Notes under the pieces: generated by a model
What the model saw: the letters and a program-made list of their open reading frames with translations, nothing else
What the model was told of the DNA's origin: nothing
Database searches by the model: none
Shown here: in pieces, positions 19,310 to 32,810 of the stretch
Numbering within the stretch: the first letter of the stretch is position 1
Layout: the number at the start of each line of letters is the position of its first letter
Program-made: the position numbers and the translations under genes
Source: the human T2T-CHM13v2.0 reference genome, Homo sapiens
DNA: 64,000 bases
Assembly (NCBI RefSeq): GCF_009914755.1
Contig: NC_060929.1
Reading direction: 5' to 3' (one strand)

Positions 19310-20667
19310 CTAGAGAGTCAGAATCTCAAATATAATATGAAGGAATGTTGGCCCAACATAGTTGACCATGGTACATGTGATGTGGCATGGTTAGCAAGGC
19401 GATATGAGCCGGGATGGAACTCCAGCCTGTACACTCACTAGCTTCCATCACCTTGGCAAGTTAGCTCACTTCTCTAAGCTTCATGAAAATGTCACTAATA
19501 AACTGGGATGCCCTGCTGAGCCATGTCGGAGCCTGAAACAAAACGAAGACTGCGTGTTCCTATATACGTTATCAAAATAGCCCCCTTTATTGTGAATCAA
19601 ATGGGAATAGTTAACTGGAGCTTTTCAGGGACAAATCATGACTTCTGTTTAAAGCTCTGCATTGCCCAATCTGTTTGCATGACATTATCAACCCTAATAA
19701 ACTGGCTGGTGGGGCATGCTGCTGATTGGAAATGACTGTTCCTGTTGCACAATAACACAGAGTTGTAGAACAAAACAGCCTGTTTTTATTTAAAATTATG
19801 GTGTTTATGCTTTGTGAAAGCTTGGCATTAATTTTTTTTTAATATTTCATTAAAATATTATTTACATTGAGTGCTGGGTTTTTTTGGTTCCCCATTAAAT
19901 GTTGCTTGCCCCTGTGGTGAATGCCTCACTTTCTTCACCCTAATTGGGGTTCCAAAAAATGTACTTTGAAGGACCACTATAACTACAAATAAAGACTATA
20001 AAATATCTTTATAAAATCTGTACTTAAAAATAATAGTCATTGCTATATGATTTTATAATACCTAACAGATTCCTTAGCTATTAGTGAATGTGTTTTCTGA
20101 GAGTCCCTGAAAAAGCAGTGTGAAAGAGAACAATACGCAGTTTATTCAACATGCTGAAAAGATACACAGTGAGTTCTGAAATCTGCCTCCGCTCCTGTCA
20201 CCAAGGAAATGCTGATGACCCTTAACCAGAATATACAAGGGAAAGGTGCTGGCCCAGCTGGGATTTCTCTTCTTCCAAGTTCTGGGAACTCTCTTGTGTA
20301 TCCAAGACAATCTGCTCTCTGATGTCCCCTCTGTCGCTTTAGACTCCCAACAATTATACTCAGATAGCTTTTAGTCTTTGCTTGTACCAAAAATGCTCGA
20401 AGTACTGAGTTTACCAATAGATTTCCATAAAAAATTCTGATTCCCTCCTTTAGGTTCAGCAAGATGCTAAAGGACAGCTTGACTAATTGTACCATCATTC
20501 CTTCTGTCTTCCTCATAGGTAACTCTTCTTTCTGGGCCAAAATTGATTCTCTGTGGACAGACATGAGGATTTTAAATTCCTTCTTTGGCAGGAAGAATAA
20601 CTGCCTGACAGAAGGGTGACCCAATGTGTTTCCCTGTTAGCAGGTTCGCAGTGGTGGCTTCTTTCCT

Positions 20668-20691
20668 CAGCATCAGCAGCAGCAGCAGCAG
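20668..20691 (+). repeat. Short CAG trinucleotide tract, CAG CAT (CAG)6
   Basis: Read directly from the sequence. Confidence 0.9.
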
Positions 20692-23600
20692 CTGGAAAGC
20701 ATTCCTATTGAACCACTTCACGTCCAATACCGGGAGAGCTACAGAAAATAAACTAACATGAAACATCATCTGCCTTTGCCTCTGAGAATGGTACCCCAGG
20801 GCAATTTGATGGCAAGCACAATAAAGGCACCAATGTGCAGTTGCATTAAACAAATACTGAAAAATTAGCACATTGACTATTTCTAATTATCTCCATTTAT
20901 TCTGTAACGTGGTGTCTAGAGGAAATGGTTCTGTGGTAATTCTGCAAGATGTTGCTTTCAGCCTAGGAAGACAAATAAACAGGTACTACTTTAGCTTTTC
21001 CTTCTCTTGGTTGTTCACAGAGTGAAAAAAAAAAAAAAACCCAACTTGTTTAAAAATTGAAAAAATATTACCCATCAAAAGAGAAAGTGCTTACAAAAGG
21101 AAAGACTTGACAAAATGTAATATGTAGACACAGCACCAGGCTTTTCACTTCTGATGAATTTGCAGCCTAAATACTAAAATATGCTGTTTCCCATTTCACC
21201 TTGTTTCCACAGAGACCAGGGCTGACAAAGAGCCCGTCACCAACAGTTACCGCCCTTTGTCTGCCCTGGATGCTGAAGGCTGCATGAGCAGAGAATGAGC
21301 AAATGTGGGATAAATGTAAGCTGCTGATTTCATTCACACTTGGAACCTTATCTCTTTCATATTTCAGTCACTAAGGAGTTCTCAAATTTGCCTCAAACTG
21401 ACTCATTTTACACTCTGGCTTTTCTTCCATCTACCGTTTCTTCTTTGTGTGTAATAAAAATAACACAATAACATATGGAAAGATAGAGAGCAAAAAGTTA
21501 AGAATCACTGATAATTTTCCAAACGAATTTTAAATAATCAAAAAATAAATACAAACTAATATTTGGATATATTTTCTTCCAGATTTTTCCCTGGCTCCTT
21601 CTCCTTATATATTTATTCTGTGTGTTCTTTCCCACTTATCTGAAATACCACTGAGTAAGTGAATTCCCAAGTATCCTTAGGTCTGTTTCTAGACTCAGTT
21701 CCAGTGACTTTTTTTTCCATATTAACTTGCAGAGTTCTGAAGGCTCCTTAGATCCTTTGTAATGTGGATCTAGAGGAATTAGGGGAGAGGATCAGTCTGC
21801 TATAAGCACGAAGACTAGGTCTCCCAGCCCTCCTTTTACCAGACCAGCTTTTATTTTTTAACGAACTTTGGACTTCTCTGTTGGATTTTGTTTGAGTAAA
21901 GGGCTTTGTGGCAAAACCAAAATAAAATAAAAACGTCACATATTCTGTTTCATTTTTCTGTAGGGTACGTGAAATTTTGATGTTATGCTTTTGTAGCAGC
22001 CATTTGAATGTGTCAATATTGATATTATTGTTTTCTAGTGATGATGCTTCCATACAGACTAAAAAGCAATGATACATATAAATCACACATGAGTACTATG
22101 TAAAATAGATTCCCTCATCTACTCCCTGAGCCAACTCTGTCCATCGTCACCCTCTTCTGATGTCCCCTACGATGCCTTTGTCCATTCCAGGGAGAGAACA
22201 GAGTTCTCACAAGACCTGGGCTCATCCCTGGCTGCTCTCAAATCATTAGTAATGGGAAATCCAGATGTACTTCCTAAGACCAGAGAAATCCACAGTGGCT
22301 GAACATGACTTGCTGCCTAGAGACTGACTGCCCACATGCTGCACTATTTTTCTTCTCATAGTAACTTCCATATGCAAAATACGGAACTTCCATGTCCCAG
22401 TTGCTCCATGTCTGTCTTTATCACCACCCTACTGCTGGACCGTTCTCCCTCACATTCCCCATACTCACAAACAAAGCTCTTTAGGCCTCTCCACACTCAT
22501 TTTCTGCTCCAGAAGTAATCATTTTCCAGGATTACTGAGAGAAGGACTATTCTTTCTGAGTTGGTAAAATATCCACTTTGTAAACCAGCATGTAGCCTTC
22601 CCTCATGACCCAAGCAAGAAAATAACGAAAAAGTTTTACACTGGCCTAACCTATTACCTATTTATATGTAATATGCTTTATCTATCCTACTCATGAATAT
22701 TTCATCAGAGAAGTCAAGTAAGCAAAGAAATCTGTGCATCTTCTGAGAGTTTTTCTCATTTACATGTTAAATGGTCTGGCCCTCGATACTGTGATTTCTC
22801 TCTTGATGTGGCTATGATCTTGTTCATTTACATTCAATTAGTGAATGATTTGACTGTTTACTAATGGCACTTACTGAAAATCTAAAAGATACACATTTCC
22901 ATTTTTGTGGACTTTCTCATTATTCTAAATCTATTTGAATGAATGCAAAGTAGGTACAATGGAGCAGTAGATGTGGGAATGGGGGGATATTCAGACCTCA
23001 TATAAATGATGACCATTTATTCAATACGTTCAATGATTATGTTAATTATATTATATTTATAATCATAGTTAATAAGGATAAAATAAATATATTATTGGAG
23101 GCTAAGTTATTACAGGCTTTTGAAATATTTTATTGAGTTAATATGACTGTAAAACTGATATATATTTAATTTTAAAATGCCAACAGTGTGGTATTAAACA
23201 AAGTAAAAGTTTTTCCTCATTGGTTTAAGGGTTAAAGATAGAATAAGGGTCAAGAATTTTTTCAATACACATTTCTTGGTAATAAGAAATGTTTTTTATA
23301 CTATAGCAGGGTCCTTTTGGTGTGATTATGTAAAAATATCTCAGTTTGGAGGTCTACACCAAAATCACAGAGTTTTAATTGCTGTAGTTACATAAAGCAA
23401 TTTAATATCTAGTGGGGCAAAGCTATACTATGAAATAATTACTGTTATTTTTTCCTTAGGATTTTATTGGTGGATCTTACTTGCTTAGTCTTCCAGATAT
23501 ACTTTAGAATCATTTGGTCAAGAAATGAATTAAACTTTGACTTTATGGAAGTAGTATTTTGGGCAGCTAAAAGAAATTACAATATCTGTAGGCATGATCT

Positions 23601-24798
23601 TTAAACGCAACTCTATTAAATTATATCGACATTCTGCTTCAGTGAGGATCACCAGAAGCTCTGTTGACGTTTAATGCCTAACATTTGTCCTCATGGTAAA
23701 TTAGAACTTGTGAACACAGTTGGTGGTTCATTCTATTTTTACACTCTATTTTTTCCAGAATGTCTGAGAGGTGTGAGCAGGTCATCCTGATCCATCAGCA
23801 CCTCATGAAGGTGAGGTGTCATTAGACCCTCAGTTGACGGCTGCCCTCTTTATAGGGATCATATGGTATAAGCTGTTGTCAAGGAAAAGCATAGATGTGG
23901 AAAGGAGGAACAAACTTTAAACTACAAGTAGGAAGGTGGGCTATGAAAGACTAATTTTGGTCTTCCTGCTGGTTATTCTTTATTCTTTTAGAAAATATAT
24001 TCAAACATATATGTACATGCAGTTTCTGGTTGGCAACACAAACTTACCACCTGTTCACTTGCCTCTTCGCCTTTGTCTTATGTTTTTGTAGGTGGCCATG
24101 AACAGGAACACACTTAAGTTACCTCACGGTTATGGAATTTTATTTTAAAGAGTCCTGGTGAAATGAGCAGTCATTCACCTCTTTCAGGTTCTGAGAAAAT
24201 GAGAACCTTGTAGTGGTAGTTAAATATAAGGATGCCCGTTGAAATAAGAATGACAGAAAATAACGAAAGAGTTTTATACTGATATATATGTATTACATAT
24301 TTGAAGTGTGGGTTATCTGTCCTACCTATAAATACTTTCTCACGTAAGCGGAAAACAAAAATCCTGGGCATTTTCTGAAAATATACAAAAGACAATTTGC
24401 ATATTAAACGGTCCACCTCTTGAATACTATGATTTCCCTCTTGACTTTATCATGGTCTTATTCATTTACATTCAACTAATACATTATTTGACAGTTTAAT
24501 AGAGCTGCTCACTCAGGCTTCAAGGAACTAGAACAGGATTTAAAGTGGCATCAGAACACAATGCCTCCACTCTAATATGCTGTCCTAGTAGTGATTCAAG
24601 TTATCTGCTTTTACTTCTTCTGAGACTATTGACCCCTTCAGACTAGTTCCCTCTACTCTTCTTTTTATTTATTTATTTATTTATTTTTATTATTATTATA
24701 CTTTAAGTTTTAGGGTACATGTGCACAATGTGCAGGTTACATATGTATACATGTGCCATGCTGGTGTGCTGCACCCACTGACTCGTCATCTAGCATTA

Positions 24799-28736
<3,938 letters not shown>

Positions 28737-28784
28737 TTATTTTGCTCATTAGTTGATGCAGTTTCTTCCTAATCTCGATGGTCT

Positions 28785-29801
28785 TTACATTTTGGCATGA
28801 TTTTGCAGTGGCTGGTACCGGTTGTTCCTTTCCATGTTTACCACTTCCTTCAGGAGCTCTTTTAGGGCAGGCCTGGTGGTGACAAAATCTCTGAGCATTT
28901 GCTTGTCTGTAAAGTATTTTATTTCTCCTTCACTTATGAAGCTTAGTTTGGCTGGATATGAAATTCTGGGTTGAAAATTCTTTTCTTTAAGAATGTTGAA
29001 CATTGGTCCCCACTCTCTTCTAGCTTGTAGAGTTTCTGCTGAGAGATCCACTGTTAGTCTGATGGGCTTCCCTTTGAGGGTAACCCGACCTTTCTCTCTG
29101 GCTGCCCTTAACATTTTTTCCTTCATTTCAACTTTGGTGAATCTGACAATTATGTGTCTTGGAGTTGCTCTTCTCGAGGAGTATCTTTGTGGCATTCTCT
29201 GTATTTCCTGAATCTGAATGTTGGCCTGCCTTGCTAAATTGGGGAAGTTCTCCTGGATAATATCCTGCAGAGTGTTTTCCAACTTGGTTCCATTCTCCCC
29301 GTCACTTTCAGGTACACCAGTCAGACGTAGATTTGGTCTTTTCACATAGTCCCATATTTCTTGGAGGCTTTGCTCGTTTCTTTTTATTCTTTTTTCTCTA
29401 AACTTCCCTTCTCGCTTCGTTTCATTCATTTCATCTTCCATCGCTGATACCCTTTCTTCCAGTTGATCGCATCAGCTCCTGAGGCTTCTGCATTCTTCGC
29501 GTATTTCTTGAGCCTTGGTTTTCAGCTCCATCAGCTCCTTTAAGCACTTCTCTGTATTGGTTATTCTAGTTATACATTCTTCTAAATTTTTTTCAAAGTT
29601 TTCAACTTCTTTGCCTTTGGTTTGAATGTCCTCCCGTAGCTCGGAGTAATTTGATCATCTGAAGCCTTCTTCTCTCAGCTCATCAAAGTCATTCTCTGTC
29701 CAGCTTTGTTCCATTGCTGGTGAGGAACTGCGTTCCTTTGGAGGAGGAGAGGCACTCTGCTTTTTAGAGTTTCCAGTTTTTCTGCTCTGTTTTTTCCCCA
29801 T
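28785..29801 (-). pseudogene. L1 ORF1, canonical 1017-nt length, with two premature TGA codons
   Basis: ATG at 29801; in-frame TGA at 29657-29655 and 29474-29472 (CGA>TGA type); C-terminal 218 aa open. Confidence 0.95.
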
Positions 29802-30582
29802 CGTTGTGGTTTTATCTACTTTTGGTCTTTGATGATGGTGACGTACAGCTGGGTTTTTGGTGTGGATGTCCTTTCTGTTTGTTAGTTTTCCTTCTAACAG
29901 ACAGGACCCGCAGCTGCAGGTTTGTGTGAGGTGTCACTCTGCCCCTGCTGGGGGGTGCCTCCCAGTTAGGCTGCTCGGGGGTCAGGGGTCAGGGACCCAC
30001 TTGATGAGGCAGTCTGCCCGTTCTCAGATCTCCAGCTGCGTGCTGGGAGAACCACTGCTCTCTTCAAAGCTGTCAGACAGGGACATTTAAGTCTGCAGAG
30101 GTTAGTGCTGTCTTTTTGTTTGTCTGTGCCCTGCCCCAGAGGTGGAGCCTACAGAGGCAGGCAGGTGTCCTTGAGCTGTGGTGGGCTCCACCCAGTTCGA
30201 GCTTCCCAGCTGCTTTGTTTACCTAAGCAAGCCTGGGCAATGGCGGGAGCCCCTCCCCCAGCCTCGCTGCGGCCTTGCAGTTTGATCTCAGACCGCTGTG
30301 CTAGCAATCAGCGAGACTCCGTGGGCGTAGGACCCTCCAAGCCAGGTGCAGGATATAGTCTCCTGGTGCGCCGTTTTTTAAGCCCGTCGGAAAAGCGCAA
30401 TGCCTCGCCCTGCTTCGGCTCACGCACGGTGCACGCACCCACTGACCTGCGCCCACTGTCTGGCACTCCCTAGTGAGATGAACCCGGTACCTCAGATGGA
30501 AATGCAGAAATCACCCGTGTTCTGCCTCGTTCACGCTGGGAGCTGTAGACCGGAGCTGTTCCTATTCGGCCATCTTGGCTCC
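29802..30582. promoter_or_regulatory. L1 5'UTR: CpG-rich internal sense promoter (minus) and antisense promoter (plus); YY1 motif intact
   Basis: CpG-rich 5'UTR; GGCCATCTTGG (YY1 site, CCAAGATGGCC on minus) at 30568-30578. Promoter activity is inferred from established L1 biology, not observed. Confidence 0.8.
30240..30473 (+). CDS. L1 ORF0 variant (77 aa) with a non-canonical C-terminus
   Basis: MAGAPPPASLRPCSLISDRCASNQRDSVGVGPSKPGAGYSLLVRRFLSPSEKRN is recognisable ORF0; after a deletion it continues ASPCFGSRTVHAPTDLRPLSGTP*. Confidence 0.75.
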   Translation: MAGAPPPASLRPCSLISDRCASNQRDSVGVGPSKPGAGYSLLVRRFLSPSEKRNASPCFGSRTVHAPTDLRPLSGTP

Positions 30583-32489
30583 ATATCCCCCTCTACTCTT
30601 ATCTGCTTCGTTTTTGGGCTTCTTCTTACTCATGGTAAGTGACTACATCAACCCCTTCTTTCTCTCTGTCTCTCTCATCCTGTGCAACTCCACCCTGCCA
30701 AATCTTTCTGGATGTCTGGCCTTCAAACTCACCCAGAGAGAGAATCTGATTAGTTCAGCCAGTGACCATCCTTACTGAAAATTTTTGTCGTGGCCTTTAA
30801 ATGGGCTATTTTTGTTTGTATTAGGCATCAGTCCCTAGTCCAGTTAACTGTGGCTGGGGCAGGGTCACATGGCAGAAAACATGAGTATCTGTGTCCAGGG
30901 AATCCCGCCCCCTGCAGCTGCTTTTCTCAGAAAGACACCATGCATGTGTCAGGCCTTCAGAGTGGAATGGACTGTTTAGTATGGGAAAATTTTAGATTTT
31001 CATTCCTTGTTGAAGACATCAACTCTTATTCTTCCATAAACATTGGTCTTGACATTGGTCATTGAAATGACAGAACATTGCAGAATGCAGCTCAAAGCAG
31101 CATGTGTTGGCAGCAGAGATTTCTTGGCCTTAGCCCCTCAAACAGAATCAGTGAGTGACTTCAGCCAGAAAGGTGTAGCTGCTGGTATGGTACCTGTTTC
31201 CTGTGTTTCCTAAGTCATACCAGCCTGGAGGTGGAACATGAAAATCAGCAGCCAAATAATGTTTTTCAAGGTCCACCCTCTTGTGCACTGAAAGAACTGC
31301 TCTCTCCCCCTTAAAATTTTACCAGTAGAGCTGTGGTTCCCAGAGGGTTTCTCCTATGTGTGGTGAGAAGTAAGCCTCTCAACTTCTTGCATTCCTGCAT
31401 TCTATACCTCCTTTGTCTTGAATCCTTGCAATGAATACCCTGGCTGCAGTTGATGCCAACAGTAGTAACTGTGTCTCCTGCCAGAAACACCACTGCACCT
31501 GCTTCTGCTGCTGCCACTGCATTCCAGGCTGAGACTACTCCTACCTGCAGAAAAAGAGGTCACTACATAAATATCAAGGGTAACTATGTCCAATGTCGAG
31601 AGCACTGACATCCAGCCACAGCTGCAGCAAACTCTGCTTCCACTAAAGTTACTGCTTTCTTTGCCAGTTCTGCTGTCACCACCATCCATGCCACTCCTGG
31701 TGCCTAACAGCTTGATGCCCCAGAGACATGTAAGGAAAAACAGCTTTTTAAACTTGTTCTTTCATTAAAATTTTATCTTCTACAAGCTCAGTCATGAGTC
31801 CACAGAAATTGAGCCAGAGTATAGTCTAGGTGAAATTTGTGTTCAGAATCACCCCTCTTCTTCAATATCACTGTGCAGGCATCTCTACCTCTCTGTATTT
31901 CTTTGGGATGAGTTATTTCCCACAAACTTCTTGGTTCCTCATGAGTATCAGAACAGATAGGTCTCAGCCACCCCACAAAGTAGCGAAGTGATTAGCTACT
32001 TCAGGGTAGTTAACTCTACTTAATTATGTAATTAATTAATTCATAGTCACCCAGGCTAAAAAAAAAATCTACAAGTATGTGTTTTAGGAGATTTAAGGAT
32101 ATCCTAATATACAAAATTGATATGAGGAAGAATTAAAATTTTATCAACTATACTCTTCAGTCTAAACAAAGAATACAGAAGGCAGGTGGTCTGCCTCAGT
32201 TACAGAAATAGGAAGATCAATATGCAAAATGTTTACATTTTTTATTCAATATCATCAGAAAACGAAGACACAGAATCTGGTAGACAAGAAGATCCCAGTC
32301 ACTACAAATGTGTAGTCTGTTTTAGCACAAATACCTCATTATATTTCACCATGGCCTCAGAATATTTCATCAAGATTATTAAAGTATTATTGTGGTATTT
32401 CTATCTTTATTAAAATATGCTTGTGTATTATTAATAGAGTTTTTTCTGAGCACTAATAAATTTGAGGCAGTACAAATCACTCAAATGGA

Positions 32490-32810
32490 CCTGTTGTGTA
32501 GATACCTGAATATATAGAAAGAGGACTGACCTAGAGATATAAATTGGTGCATTTCAGTGTGTAGATGAAAGCAGGAGAGTAGATGAAATCATCTAGAGAA
32601 AGAATATAAAAAAGAGAATAGGGCTTCTAGTCAAGCCCGAAGGAACCCCAATATCTAAATAATGAATAGAAGGGAAGGACCTGGCAAACAAAATCAAGAA
32701 AGAGTGGCCCAGTGAAGTAGGAGAAAGACTAGAAGAATGGAATGTCATAGAAATTTAAGAGACTATTTCCAGCTGGAGAGAGTGGTTGGTGCTGTCCATG
32801 CTCCTGAATG
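32490..32810 (-). mobile_element. L2 relic
   Basis: Purine-rich GAGAGTAGATGAAATCATCTAGAGA...GAGGAACCCCAATAT...AATGTCATAGAA, typical of L2 in reverse orientation. Confidence 0.55.

Noticed and set aside
19500-19955. Possible hAT-type DNA transposon relic
   Set aside because: I could not identify terminal repeats or a family by eye; this needs RepeatMasker/Dfam.
20572-20871. CAG tract as a polyQ or poly-Leu coding exon or expansion locus
   Set aside because: Only 6 pure repeats; the surrounding ORFs show no recognisable protein features.
31452-31532. Cys/His-rich peptide (CVSCQKHHCTCFCCCHC) as a metallothionein- or defensin-like gene
   Set aside because: TGC and CAC codons are what an ACT/GCT/GCC-rich Thr/Ala frame gives when shifted by one base, so this is probably an alternate-frame by-product. 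It is kept only as a possible chimeric product.
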